Shown one piece after another: positions 50,905 to 60,792 of a stretch of DNA of 64,000 bases. The stretch is taken from the NCBI GenBank assembly GCA_037441385.1, contig JBBISH010000018.1:1-64000 (forward strand), in the 5' to 3' direction. The translations under genes were made by a program, and so were the position numbers. The notes under the pieces were generated by a model. It saw only the letters and a program-made list of their open reading frames with translations, was not told the origin of the DNA and did not search any database. Origin of the DNA: Myxococcales bacterium (GTDB taxonomy: Bacteria; Myxococcota_A; UBA9042). Each line of letters begins with the position of its first letter. Position 1 is the stretch's first letter.

Positions 50905-52268
50905 AACGACATACAGCAGCGGAACCCAATCTTGCTGGACTGCGTCGAGTTCCCCTGATTGTCGCGGGCGGTGGTGCGCAATCCGGCGGGCGGGCTGTCC
51001 CAATGGCCGCCGCGCACCACAAAACCGGCGCCGCCGGCCGGGCCGGTGGGGTTGGTCACCGTGGCTCCTGACTTGTAGGCGCCGTAGTAGTCGGCGACCC
51101 ACTCGGCCACGTTGCCGGCCAGGTCCCAGACGCCAAACGGACTGTCGCCGTTGGCGTAGCTGCCGACGCCGATAGGACTGCCCAAGCAGCCCTGACTGTT
51201 GGCAAAAAGGCACAAGTTGCTGGGTAGTGTGTTGCCCCAGGGGTAGAAGTGGCCCGAAAAGCCGCGCCCGGCAAATTCCCACTCCGCCTCTGTGCAAAGC
51301 CGCTTGCTGACGTGCTTGCAGAACGCGGCCGCTTGGCTGTGGTCGACATAGTTGACGGGAAACTGCGACTTGAAGCTGTCGCCCATGGTCGCCTGGTCGC
51401 CTGTGCCCGGAAGGGAGCAGGCGCCGTCGATCATGCACTGCTGGTAGGCGGCCGCGGTGACCTCGCTCTGGTCGATGAAGAAGGCCGAGAGCTTGACGTT
51501 GTGGATCGGTCCTTCGTCGCTGGCACAGCCGGGGTCCACCCCCTCTGCGCAGCCCATCACAAAGGTGGCGGCCGGGATAAAGCGCATGTAAGCCGGCACC
51601 ACGCCTTCGACTTGGCAGTTGGCCCCGCAGCCGTCGCCGGGCGAGGAGTTGCCGTCGTCGCACGACTCGCCCGAGCCGACGACCCCGTCGCCGCAGACCG
51701 CAACTGTGGCGGCGCACTGACCCACTTGGCAGCTCTGCCCTTCTGGGCACGGGTTGCCGGCGGTGTGGGGTACGAACTGACAGGCGCCCGAGACGCAGCT
51801 TTCGTCGGTGCACGCATTCAGGTCGTTGCAGTCGGCGTCGGTGAGGCACGTGACGCCATCGACCGGGGCGATACCGTCGCCGCCGGGCTGAGTCGTGCTG
51901 TCGTCCTGATCTGGACCAGGGGTGCCGTCTGTGCCTGGGAAGCCGTCCTCGCTCGGGAAGCTGTCGTCGCTCGGGAAACCGTCGTCGCCAGGCAAGCTGT
52001 CTTGGCCGGGCATGCTGTCTTCGCCCGGCTGCACATCCAGGCCCGGCATGCCGTCCTGATCCGTGCCGCTCCCCGTCGAGTCCAGGTCCACGTCGGTGCT
52101 GTCGGCGTCGCTCAGCCCGTCGCTCTGGGTCTGCTGGGCCGCGAGCCGGTTGTTCAACTCAGCTTCGCTGGCCAGATTCTCGATGCAGCCCGACGCGAGC
52201 AAGGCCAGCGCGGCGGCGACAGCCCAGGTGCCGCGGTGCGGCGCAAAAGGAACAGTCCGGACGAGCAT
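50901..52268 (-). CDS. FGE-sulfatase (SUMF1-like) domain lipoprotein with myxobacterial Cys-rich repeat
   Basis: Lipobox ASGC; CGDGVV..ESCDDGN; RLCTEAEWE, DLAGNVAEW, RGG and GFRC motifs. Confidence 0.9.
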   Translation of the reverse strand: MLVRTVPFAPHRGTWAVAAALALLASGCIENLASEAELNNRLAAQQTQSDGLSDADSTDVDLDSTGSGTDQDGMPGLDVQPGEDSMPGQDSLPGDDGFPSDDSFPSEDGFPGTDGTPGPDQDDSTTQPGGDGIAPVDGVTCLTDADCNDLNACTDESCVSGACQFVPHTAGNPCPEGQSCQVGQCAATVAVCGDGVVGSGESCDDGNSSPGDGCGANCQVEGVVPAYMRFIPAATFVMGCAEGVDPGCASDEGPIHNVKLSAFFIDQSEVTAAAYQQCMIDGACSLPGTGDQATMGDSFKSQFPVNYVDHSQAAAFCKHVSKRLCTEAEWEFAGRGFSGHFYPWGNTLPSNLCLFANSQGCLGSPIGVGSYANGDSPFGVWDLAGNVAEWVADYYGAYKSGATVTNPTGPAGGAGFVVRGGHWDSPPAGLRTTARDNQGNSTQSSKIGFRCCMSF

Positions 52269-53141
52269 TTACCACCCCACCTGGGCGGCGACGCCCGCTC
52301 CGCCGGGTTGCAGCAGCGGCAGCCACTGCACGCTGGACGCCTTGGGCGACGACACGCCGGCGGCTAGCGCCCAGACCGCCAGGGCCCCGGCCACCGCCCC
52401 GGCGCCGATCGCCGCCTTTTGCCAGTCGCGCGCCGAGTCGGCCAGGGTCAGGTAGTTCTGTTTGCTGGTCTGGTCGCGCACGTCCAAGCCGTTGGCCTGG
52501 TGCGACTTGTCATTGGCGATCCACCACAGGGTGACGCTGGCCGCGGTCGCGGTGGCGGCGCCGACGATCTGCCAGACCGGAGCTCGACTTGCGGGGCGCG
52601 GGCTGGGATCGTTGTGAACCGCTACAGGGGGCGTGTGGGCGGGAGCGGGCTTGGTCGGGGCGTCGCGCGAAGCGGGCTCGGCCGGCGGGGCGGGCTCGGC
52701 GGGAGCGGCTTTGACCGGTTCGCGGGCGGCGGGCGGAGTGGCCGCATCGTCGGCGGGCGCGTCCTTGGGCGTGGCAACAGGCTCAGCGCGGGCGGGGTGC
52801 TGCTGCTCCAGGCGCACGCGCAGGTCGTCGGCCCGCCGCAGGGCGTCTTTGCGCTCGGTGGGCGTGATCCCATCCAGCCGCGAGTACTCCAAGAAAAGCG
52901 CCCGCGCCTCGGCCAAGTTCCCCGCCTCTTCGGTGGCGCGGGCCGCGTTGAAGAGCATGAGCGGCACGTGCGACTTGGCGTAGGCCGCCAGATACAAGTC
53001 CGCGGCCTGAGCGTAGCTCTTGGCGTGAAACAGCGCCTTGGCACGGGTGGCTAGCACTTCGGCGTCTGTGCGCGCATCCGCAAACGCGGGGGTAGTGAGC
53101 AGCAGGCTCGCAACAGTCAGCCACGTCGCAACGGAGTTCAT
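52269..53141 (-). CDS. Exported TPR-like protein with Pro-rich linker and C-terminal membrane segments
   Basis: Signal peptide; AADLYLAAY..MLFNAARA motif. Confidence 0.75.
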   Translation of the reverse strand: MNSVATWLTVASLLLTTPAFADARTDAEVLATRAKALFHAKSYAQAADLYLAAYAKSHVPLMLFNAARATEEAGNLAEARALFLEYSRLDGITPTERKDALRRADDLRVRLEQQHPARAEPVATPKDAPADDAATPPAAREPVKAAPAEPAPPAEPASRDAPTKPAPAHTPPVAVHNDPSPRPASRAPVWQIVGAATATAASVTLWWIANDKSHQANGLDVRDQTSKQNYLTLADSARDWQKAAIGAGAVAGALAVWALAAGVSSPKASSVQWLPLLQPGGAGVAAQVGW

Positions 53142-53224
53142 CGGTTTCCTGGCCGGCTGCACGGTTCGCCGCGCGATGCCAGAATAGCAGGACTTGGGCG
53201 CGACCGGAAAGGCGACTTGGCGAC

Positions 53225-54232
53225 CTACGGCGCCACCACACAGTGGCCTTGAACGCACTTGGCCGGGCCCGGCACCGCGCACTTGCACATCGCCGCGCCG
53301 CACGGGGCCGAATAGGCCGCGACCAAACCCGAAAGGACTTCTGTCTTGCTGTATTTGTTGGCGGGGATGCCGCCGCACGGAAGCCCCCCGACCGGGCACA
53401 TGCCGGTGGCGACCACGGTGCAATCGCTGTCACTGCCGCAGAAGCTGGCCGCTTGCTTGGCGACCGAGAGGAGCGCTGCCAGTTTTTCGTCGCACGTGCC
53501 GTCGCAGTTCGGCGGGCAGGTCTGGCACTGGCCCTTGAAGCAGAACGTGGGCGCCGCCGGGCCGCAGCCGCAGTGGAAGCCGCTGCATTGCGCCGCGCCG
53601 GCCTTGCCCGCCAAGTTCTCTAGCTCGGTCAGGTCGTTGCCGGCCCCCACGCCCAGCTGGAAGCAGCCCACCGAGCCGCAGATGGGGAACTCGAAGGGCT
53701 GGCAGCCCTTGTCCGCGCTGCAGGTGGTGACTTTGGGCTTCAACGCGGCGATCTGGCCCATCAGGTCCAGGCAGGTGGCGGACTCGCATTCTTGCAGCGG
53801 GCAGCCGTTGTAGTCCGTCTTGCAGACGCAATCGAGGTTGCACGGGGAACAGCCGGCATCGTAGGTGGCGTCGGCACCGCTGGCGGTATCTTGGGCTGTT
53901 GCGACGTCACTTGCGCTCGTGTCGCCTGCGGGCGCGTCGCCTGGCCAAGTGTCGCCTGGCCAAGTGTCGCCTGGCCAAGTGTCGCCAGCGCTGCTGTCGG
54001 TCGGGCCGGCGTCGACCCACGAATCTGCACCGGTCGCAGCGTCTTGCGCGGCCACATCGGCACTGTCGGCGGCCGTAGAAAGGTCGCTGGTGGCCAGCGC
54101 ATCCGCGACGTCGCTAGCTGCGGCCACGTCGGCGTCGCCCCCTTGGCCCGCCGCGGTGGTGGGCGAGCTGCAAGCCGCCGCTGCCGCGGATAGGAGGAAG
54201 ATCGACCAGAGAAACTTCTGCTGGAGAGCCAT
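53225..54232 (-). CDS. Lipoprotein with Asp/Ala/Thr linker and Cys-rich C-terminus
   Basis: GAGG RBS; lipobox AAAC; C..D.DC repeats. Confidence 0.75.
   Translation of the reverse strand: MALQQKFLWSIFLLSAAAAACSSPTTAAGQGGDADVAAASDVADALATSDLSTAADSADVAAQDAATGADSWVDAGPTDSSAGDTWPGDTWPGDTWPGDAPAGDTSASDVATAQDTASGADATYDAGCSPCNLDCVCKTDYNGCPLQECESATCLDLMGQIAALKPKVTTCSADKGCQPFEFPICGSVGCFQLGVGAGNDLTELENLAGKAGAAQCSGFHCGCGPAAPTFCFKGQCQTCPPNCDGTCDEKLAALLSVAKQAASFCGSDSDCTVVATGMCPVGGLPCGGIPANKYSKTEVLSGLVAAYSAPCGAAMCKCAVPGPAKCVQGHCVVAP
53936..53986. repeat. 15-bp perfect tandem repeat x3 encoding GDTWP
   Basis: (TGGCCAAGTGTCGCC)3. Confidence 0.85.
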
Positions 54233-54491
54233 TGTGCCTCGCCGGTGCGGCCCGGGCGCACTGCCCTTGCCGCCATCTTGGGCCGCCCAGTGCAGGCTAC
54301 TGCCGGGGGGCGCCGAGCGCAAACCCAAATGGGGCCGCGCCTTGGGCCCTTTGCGCGGTGCATCTGGGGCCGAAAACGGGGGCGATTCCGCACCCCAAGC
54401 GCGACGATCCCCTTGTAGGCGAGCGGATTTGGGTTGACGGCGCGGGCTCGCTCGCGCACGCTTGCGGGACAAGTTGCCAGGAAGGGTGAGC

Positions 54492-54522
54492 CGGGTGTCA
54501 GGTATTGCCACTTGCCACATAG
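54492..54522 (+). repeat. 31-bp dispersed motif, copy 3
   Basis: Identical to 31844-31874; 12 bp past the 54535 stop. Confidence 0.9.
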
Positions 54523-54534
54523 GCTGGGCCGGGG

Positions 54535-56109
54535 TCAGCGGCCAGGGCCCGCAAGCCGGTACAACCCCAGGCGAAATGCTGGCACTGCCGCGTAGTAGCC
54601 GTATTCGTTGTCGCCGCGGTTGGGCACGTCGCGCTCGACGACTTTTTGCCACGGGTGGCGCTTCAGCAGCGCCTCGCACGTAGCCAGCATCCCCGTTGAG
54701 CCGGCCAATTCGCCAGACGCCGTGCCTGGTTGCCGGCCCTGGGCGTGCATCGCGTAGCAGCGATGATCCACGACCGCATAGGTGCCGCCAGTGCAGATGG
54801 GTTCGCCCAAAGCCCGCCACTGGGTGAGCGAGTACAGCTGGGCGTCGCGGTGCGGCGGGCGCAAAAGGTACGCCGGGAAGGCGCGTTGCGTGCGGTGCGG
54901 CGGCGGGTTGTCGCCCATGCCCAGCGCCACCACGCAGGCGTCGCGCGCCGGAATCTGGGCCAGGGCTTGGGTGAGCAGATCTTCGGTCTCGTCCTCGTTG
55001 GTGCGCGCGCCCAGAGCCCAGGTGTTCGGCACGGCCGACAGCGCGCAAATCCCTAACACAACTGCCGCTTTCTTCCGAGCCCGGCCCGAGTTCGTCGCGT
55101 CGCTGAGCCAGCGGCCCACCTGCCACGCCGCCACCCAAGCGACCAGCACGGCGGCCGGGGCGTGCAGGCGCGGCACCGAAGTGCGCGGCAGGTCGACCAG
55201 GGTCAGCGCCATCCACAGCGCCGCCGCGAGTAAAAGCCCAACCAGCAGGCGACGTTCGCGGCCCGCCACCGCCGCCGACCAAAGCGCCAGCGCCGTCACG
55301 CCAGCCGGAAAAAGGTCGGGCTGCAGCGGCAAGGCCAGGCTCAGCCAGCGCAGCGGCAGACCCGCGACAAAGGTCGCATCCAGCGCCGGCAGCGAGCCAC
55401 CCTCTTGCTCGACCGCCAAGGCGTAGCGCAAGTGCAAGAGATGCGGGACGATCAGCGCCAGAGCCACCCCACCCGCGACCGCCAGTGCCAGCGGCTGCAG
55501 CTGCCACCCGGACTGGCCTTTTCGCCACCACGCCAGGCCTGAGGCGAGCAGCGGCACCAGCGCGGTCAGCTCAGGCCGGCTCATCGCCGCCAGGGCCAAC
55601 AGCGCCACCGCGCCCAGCAGATCGCGGCGCAAGCCGCCACGCAATCCCTGGTCGAGCAACAACAAACCGGCCACCAGCCACAGCATGGCCGGCAGCAGGT
55701 GGCTCTCGGTCCGGGCATCCAGGACCAACACGGGCAGAGACGCCAGCAGACCCGCCAGCGTGGCCACTGCGCCTTTGGGCGGCTGAAAGCGCGCGAACAG
55801 GGCCACCAGCAACGGCAGCGTCAGCACCGCGCAGGCCGTGTTCACCGCCACCAGCACGTGGTGGTCGGCGCCCAGCGCAGCAAAGACCAAACGATACAGC
55901 AGCGTGGGAGCCACACCGGCGCGGGGCACGTGGGTCAAGGTCGCGGCGTCTTCGGTCAGCCGATACGCCGAGAAAATCATCACCAAACGCATCGGCAGCG
56001 CCAGCCGCAAGGTCGCGCCCGCCAGCAGCAGCGCCCAAGTGATGCGGCGCTCGCCGGGGTCTAGGCTAGCCAGCTCGGCAAAGGCGAGGCGGGCGAGGCG
56101 AAAAAAAAA
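54535..56109 (-). CDS. Multi-TM GT-C glycosyltransferase-like region; probable frameshifted continuation of the upstream TPR gene
   Basis: Roughly ten or more hydrophobic helices; ARTES and SRPE motifs; no convincing start of its own; frame switches at the A9 tract. Confidence 0.6.
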   Translation of the reverse strand, partial: FFFRLARLAFAELASLDPGERRITWALLLAGATLRLALPMRLVMIFSAYRLTEDAATLTHVPRAGVAPTLLYRLVFAALGADHHVLVAVNTACAVLTLPLLVALFARFQPPKGAVATLAGLLASLPVLVLDARTESHLLPAMLWLVAGLLLLDQGLRGGLRRDLLGAVALLALAAMSRPELTALVPLLASGLAWWRKGQSGWQLQPLALAVAGGVALALIVPHLLHLRYALAVEQEGGSLPALDATFVAGLPLRWLSLALPLQPDLFPAGVTALALWSAAVAGRERRLLVGLLLAAALWMALTLVDLPRTSVPRLHAPAAVLVAWVAAWQVGRWLSDATNSGRARKKAAVVLGICALSAVPNTWALGARTNEDETEDLLTQALAQIPARDACVVALGMGDNPPPHRTQRAFPAYLLRPPHRDAQLYSLTQWRALGEPICTGGTYAVVDHRCYAMHAQGRQPGTASGELAGSTGMLATCEALLKRHPWQKVVERDVPNRGDNEYGYYAAVPAFRLGLYRLAGPGR

Positions 56110-58175
56110 CCGCCGGCCACCACCAGCAACACCGCGGCCAGGCCGAGCTGAGTGCGGTCCAAATCCGACCACCAAGTCGCTTGGGCAGCCAAGCTGGTGG
56201 GCGTGGTCAGCGTGGGGCGCAGGTCGCCGCGCGCGCGGCCTGAGGCCACCCAACTCGCTGAGGCCCCTGCGCTATCGTGCGATTCCATGGTTGCAGACGT
56301 GGGCGACTGAGCCACGGCCTCGCGAGCAGGCGCAGATAGGGCCAGTAAACCCAGCAACGCCGCCGCCGCAGTTGCGCGCCGCCGCCGCCACAGCCACACA
56401 CCCACGCCCAGCAGCGCCAGACCGGCCGCGCCCCAGGGCGCCCAACCGCGGACCTTGCGCAGCTGCCCCTCAGTCTTCAAGCAGGCTGCCACGTCCTTGG
56501 CGTCGACGCACGCGCGAAGATCCGCAAGCATTGCCTGAACTTTAATCTCTTTGGGCGCATAGGTCTCGCGCGATCCGGCGGTCATCTTCAGGTAGGTCTC
56601 CAGGTCCGCCGCCGCCCGCTTGGGGTCCTTCAGCGTCCACACGACCGCCCGACAATAGTAGATATCCGGGTCCGACGAGCCCAGCTTCATGGCGTGCTCG
56701 ATCAGGCGCTCGCCCTCGGCCTGGTTCCCCATGCGAAAGTAATTCATGCCGGTGTAGATGTACTGGCGCGGCTCCGTGGCAAAGGCGTTTTGCGAGCGTT
56801 CCAAGTAGCGGTTCGACTCGGCCCACTGGTCATTGTGATGCAGGATCGTGCCCACGATGAACGCCGAGGTCGCGTCGGTGGGGTCCTTGTCCGAACGCGC
56901 GCGGTGCACGGCCAGCGAGGCGCCGCTGTCCGGGGCATCCAGGTAGACCCGCGTGATGTCCAGCACCAGCGCCTTGTCCAGCTCGACGCCGTGGAAGTCC
57001 ATGCCGTCCAGCAGCGCCAGCGCCTCGCGGTACCGCTTGATCTCCTTGTAGGTGTGCGCCAAATGGATGGTCAGCGGCACGTCTTTGGGGTGGCGTTTGG
57101 TCGCGTCTTCCAGCATGTCCAAGGTGGTCGGCGCGATACCTGCCCGCCGGCCCATTTGCGAAGCGGCGATCACGACGTCGATGCAGTCCGGCTCGGCCTT
57201 GTGCCAGTCGCGGAGCATCTGCAGGCCCTCGCTCGCCTTGCCGGCCAGCTCCAGGTCGCGGGCAACGTGGCCCACCATCGTACAGGCCTTGGCGCGCAAA
57301 TCGGCTTGCGTATGCAGGCTTTCCAGCTCTTTGACGACCTCGGCCGTGTTGCCCAGCACCTGCTGCGCGCGCGCCCGGGCCAGCCGCCCTTCAACGCCCG
57401 GCGCTGTGGGCTGCTGCAGGATTTTTTGCGCATAGGCGCGGGCTTGCGCCGGCTTGACGGCGTTGAGGATGGCGGCGGCCGAGGCCAGGATCCACACGCG
57501 CGCCTCGGGCGGCAGCGACTCGGCGGCGGTGACGGCCTTGTCCACCAGCGCGAGCGCCCGCGCGTCGTCGTGCACCCGCGCGGCGTTGACGGCGTCGTCC
57601 AAGCCGTGGGCGGCTTGCTGGCCGGGGTCCTGGCCCGCGTCGGGGTTGCCCCCAGCCTGGGCCGGCGTGGCCTGCCCAGGCAACGGCGCACCCTGGCGCG
57701 CACCCTGCCCGGCCGCGACCCAATGGAACTCGGCCTGATGGCTTTGGATCTGCTTGAGCAGCGCCTGCCCCACCGCGTCGCGCGGCCCCTGGCCGCAATC
57801 CGTCTCGGGCGTCAGGGACCGCCAGCGGAGGGCAAATTGCTCGGTCTTGGCAAAGGGTTCGGCACTACCCTCGCCCACGGCGGCCGTGGGATGGCTGGCC
57901 ACGACCGCGACCGCGCAGGGCCCCGAGGCCACCTGGTAGCGCGCTTCGATGTGGTCGGGATGGACCTGCGCCTGCACCAGCGTGACCCCGACTGGCCACG
58001 CCGCATCGGGCGTAATCAGGCTTGCCACCACGGCATCTTGCCCCGCGGGGATGACCAACGCCGCCGCGTCGCCCTGGGTCACCTTGGCCGGCGGCTCCTT
58101 GGTCTGGGCTTGCGCCGGCAGGGCGACGGTGAACAGTGTGCCAAGGGCCAGCAGCTTCGGTTGAAGTCGGCGCAT
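56061..58175 (-). CDS. Exported TPR protein with C-terminal TM segments
   Basis: Signal peptide ending AQA; TPR units; TM followed by RRRR. Confidence 0.8.
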   Translation of the reverse strand: MRRLQPKLLALGTLFTVALPAQAQTKEPPAKVTQGDAAALVIPAGQDAVVASLITPDAAWPVGVTLVQAQVHPDHIEARYQVASGPCAVAVVASHPTAAVGEGSAEPFAKTEQFALRWRSLTPETDCGQGPRDAVGQALLKQIQSHQAEFHWVAAGQGARQGAPLPGQATPAQAGGNPDAGQDPGQQAAHGLDDAVNAARVHDDARALALVDKAVTAAESLPPEARVWILASAAAILNAVKPAQARAYAQKILQQPTAPGVEGRLARARAQQVLGNTAEVVKELESLHTQADLRAKACTMVGHVARDLELAGKASEGLQMLRDWHKAEPDCIDVVIAASQMGRRAGIAPTTLDMLEDATKRHPKDVPLTIHLAHTYKEIKRYREALALLDGMDFHGVELDKALVLDITRVYLDAPDSGASLAVHRARSDKDPTDATSAFIVGTILHHNDQWAESNRYLERSQNAFATEPRQYIYTGMNYFRMGNQAEGERLIEHAMKLGSSDPDIYYCRAVVWTLKDPKRAAADLETYLKMTAGSRETYAPKEIKVQAMLADLRACVDAKDVAACLKTEGQLRKVRGWAPWGAAGLALLGVGVWLWRRRRATAAAALLGLLALSAPAREAVAQSPTSATMESHDSAGASASWVASGRARGDLRPTLTTPTSLAAQATWWSDLDRTQLGLAAVLLVVAGGFFFASPASPLPSWLA

Positions 58176-58377
58176 CAAGTCCAGTTCCTGTCCTTTCCAC
58201 GGCTGCGGCGCGCCGGGTTGCGCAAGGGTCGCCGCCCAGCCCACGCTCACGTCTTGGGACCGAGCTGGCCAACGGCTGCACGCAGGCTACCCGCGGCACC
58301 GGACATCGTCAACCTTGGCTTTATTGCTGGATTTTCGACGACCCACGCACCGAGGAGCGGCAAGCAAGGCTTGGCCC

Positions 58378-60708
58378 CTACGGCTTGCCCTGCGCCACAA
58401 ACCGAATCCGCGGCCGCACCAGCCACGGCTTGCCGGCCACACTCACCACCAGCGCCGCCTCGCCGGTCGCGCCCACGGGGGGCTGGTAAGTCCGCGTACA
58501 CTCAACATTGTCGCACTGAGTCGGCCCGGCAAAACTGCCCAGGTCGCCCGGCGCCAGCTCGATGGTCGCCTGGGGCGCAACGAGGGGCTTGCCGTAGGGG
58601 TCAAAAGTCCTGGCCTTGACTACAGAAGTGGCGTTCGCCGTCGCCGGCAGCCAACGGCTAGAGAGGGTAAACAGCGGCGGCTCCGTCACATCAAGCGGCT
58701 TGCCGTCGATGGGCCAACCGCCCGCCACGAGCTTTTGCGTGTAGCCGGTGGGCCAGGTCACCGTCAGCGTCTGCGGCTCCTCGCCGGCCGGCCAGGCAAA
58801 GTGCAGCAGCGGGCCCGCCATGCCGTGGGGCGCCGCGTGGGTGGTCGCCTCGGCCACGTAGGTGCGCTGCGTGGTCTGCAGCCGCAGCCGCGCCCCCAAC
58901 CCAAAGGGATTGCTGGCAGTTCCGTGCAAGCGGACAGAAAGGTGGTGGCCACCCGTGACCACATCGTTGCGGTACAGCCGCGGCGCCACGGCCTGCCCGC
59001 CCAAGAACAGGTCCAGGTCGCCGTCGTTGTCCAGGTCGGCCAGGGCGGCGTGCCGACCGATGTGCGGGTCGGGCAGGCCAATGGACTTGGACAAATCCGC
59101 GAACTTGCCATTGCCCAGGTTGCGGAAGAATACCGGATGGGCGGCGCCCTCGTCCGAGAGCAAGAATGCCGAAAAGTCATAGGCATGCGTCAGCAGCAGG
59201 TCGAGATGCCCGTCCACGTCCAGATCCCACGGCAGCGCCGTCCACGCCACCATCGACAGGCCGGTGCTGGACAGGCTGGCGGTCAGTCCGGCTTGCGCAG
59301 CAGAATTGATTAGCTTTCCATCGGGTTGTCGCAGCAGCAGCTGATTGCAGTCGCCGGCGAACTTCTGCAGCAGCGCAGGCGACAACTTGCTCAAGTCCGT
59401 GCCACTCAAGCGCGCATCGCGCAGACCGATCATCGTCAAGAACAAGTCCAGCTCGCCGTTGCCGTCCCAATCGGCCACCGCCGCGCCCATCGGCGAGCCG
59501 CCCAGTTGCGACGGCGCGTTGAAAATCGGAGGCAACTTCAGCTGTTCGTAGCGTTGCCCCTGGCTGGGATGGCCGCGGTTGTGAAAGTAGGCGTTGCCGT
59601 GCTGCGGCGGGCAGGTCTCGGACATCGCCAGCAAGTCGGGGTGGCCGTCGCCGTCCACGTCCGTGTGGAGGGTGTTCCACAGCGATCCGCTATACACGAT
59701 GCCCAGTTGCGCGGCCTGCTCGGCGAAGTTCCCATTGCCCTGCGCCACAAAGACCAAGGGCTTGCTGGCGTCGCTGCAGGTGAAGATGGTCGCCGCGATG
59801 TCGAGCAAGCCGTCTTGATCCACGTCCAGGGGCACGACGGACTGCACCGCAACGTTCATGGGCACTTGCAGGCCGCGGGCGATGCCGCTCTCTGCCCAGG
59901 TGCCCTTCTTCTTGTCGTAGGCCGAGTAGGCCACCCGCGCCCCCGCCGTCAGCACCACCAGCCCGCCGCCTGGCTCGGCGTACAGGGCCACCGTGCGCGG
60001 GTCCTTGTAGGCCGACAAGACAACTTCCTTATTCCACTTCCACGGTTGCCCGGCCAGGCTGCGGTACAGGCGGACCTCGCCCACGGCGTCGTGGGCCACG
60101 ATGTCCAGCAGGCCGTCGCCGTCCAGGTCTTCGATCGCGGTCCCCGAGCTGGGCGGCTCGGACTTGGCCTTGTCGCCGGGGTTGATGGGCCAAGGCCCCT
60201 CTAGCAAGTCGCTGACTTCGACAAGCTTGCCAGTCGCCAGGTACGGCGCAGCCGGGGTGGCCGCGTCGGCTAGGGCGGTGTCGCTGGCCGGGGTGTCGGC
60301 GACAGCGACGTCCGCGTCAAAGTCGATATTTTGGTCCGTTGTCTCGACATCGACCGCGTCCGCGGCGCCCTCTTGCGCATCGAGCAGCTCTTGGGCGCCT
60401 GGGTCAGCCACTTGCGCATCGCCAGCGCCGTCCCCGTCGGCGCCGACCGTGGCGGCGTCCGCGGCGTCCAGCGCAAACTGGCCCTGCGGCGCACGTTCTT
60501 GACCGCATGCGCTGGCGAGCAGCCCCATCAGGGCCGCCAGGGCGAGTGCGAGCCGGCAACGGGGTGGTAGTACCCGTTCCGTCCGAATCGGATCGAAAAC
60601 ATGGGCAGTCTTTCGGGCCCGAACCGGGGTCCCCGCCTGATTCTCGCCAGTTGCAGAACGGGTCAGACAAGCCGTACAGGCGCGAATCAGGTGGGGTGCG
60701 TACAACAC
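58378..60708 (-). CDS. CRTAC1/ASPIC-UnbV family FG-GAP repeat lipoprotein (alternative start 60777)
   Basis: Repeated D.D.DG..D motifs; LYRND; NPFGLGARL and LHF..WPTG motifs; lipobox ASAC. Confidence 0.9.
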   Translation of the reverse strand: MLYAPHLIRACTACLTRSATGENQAGTPVRARKTAHVFDPIRTERVLPPRCRLALALAALMGLLASACGQERAPQGQFALDAADAATVGADGDGAGDAQVADPGAQELLDAQEGAADAVDVETTDQNIDFDADVAVADTPASDTALADAATPAAPYLATGKLVEVSDLLEGPWPINPGDKAKSEPPSSGTAIEDLDGDGLLDIVAHDAVGEVRLYRSLAGQPWKWNKEVVLSAYKDPRTVALYAEPGGGLVVLTAGARVAYSAYDKKKGTWAESGIARGLQVPMNVAVQSVVPLDVDQDGLLDIAATIFTCSDASKPLVFVAQGNGNFAEQAAQLGIVYSGSLWNTLHTDVDGDGHPDLLAMSETCPPQHGNAYFHNRGHPSQGQRYEQLKLPPIFNAPSQLGGSPMGAAVADWDGNGELDLFLTMIGLRDARLSGTDLSKLSPALLQKFAGDCNQLLLRQPDGKLINSAAQAGLTASLSSTGLSMVAWTALPWDLDVDGHLDLLLTHAYDFSAFLLSDEGAAHPVFFRNLGNGKFADLSKSIGLPDPHIGRHAALADLDNDGDLDLFLGGQAVAPRLYRNDVVTGGHHLSVRLHGTASNPFGLGARLRLQTTQRTYVAEATTHAAPHGMAGPLLHFAWPAGEEPQTLTVTWPTGYTQKLVAGGWPIDGKPLDVTEPPLFTLSSRWLPATANATSVVKARTFDPYGKPLVAPQATIELAPGDLGSFAGPTQCDNVECTRTYQPPVGATGEAALVVSVAGKPWLVRPRIRFVAQGKP
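60571..60702 (+). mobile_element. 132-bp MITE-like repeat, copy 4, in frame within the CRTAC1-like gene
   Basis: TAC...GTA ends; the ORF reads through it (YAPHLIR...RTERV). Confidence 0.85.
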
Positions 60709-60792
60709 GTGGGCGATGGCTCCTGCGGGGGCTGGGCCAGTCGATCTTGAATGAGACGGTGCGGTTGTCAACGGCATGGCGCGACAAGAAGA

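Noticed and set aside
50901..51100. FGE/C-type-lectin C-terminus as a DGR variable region
   Set aside because: I saw no template-repeat copy and no reverse transcriptase in the window.
31844..54522. 31-bp motif as a CRISPR repeat
   Set aside because: Copies are kilobases apart with no regular spacers and no cas genes.
54233..55531. N-terminal 433 codons of track ORF 53225-55531
   Set aside because: It overlaps the GT-C-like frame and intergenic DNA; the real start with RBS and lipobox is at 54232.
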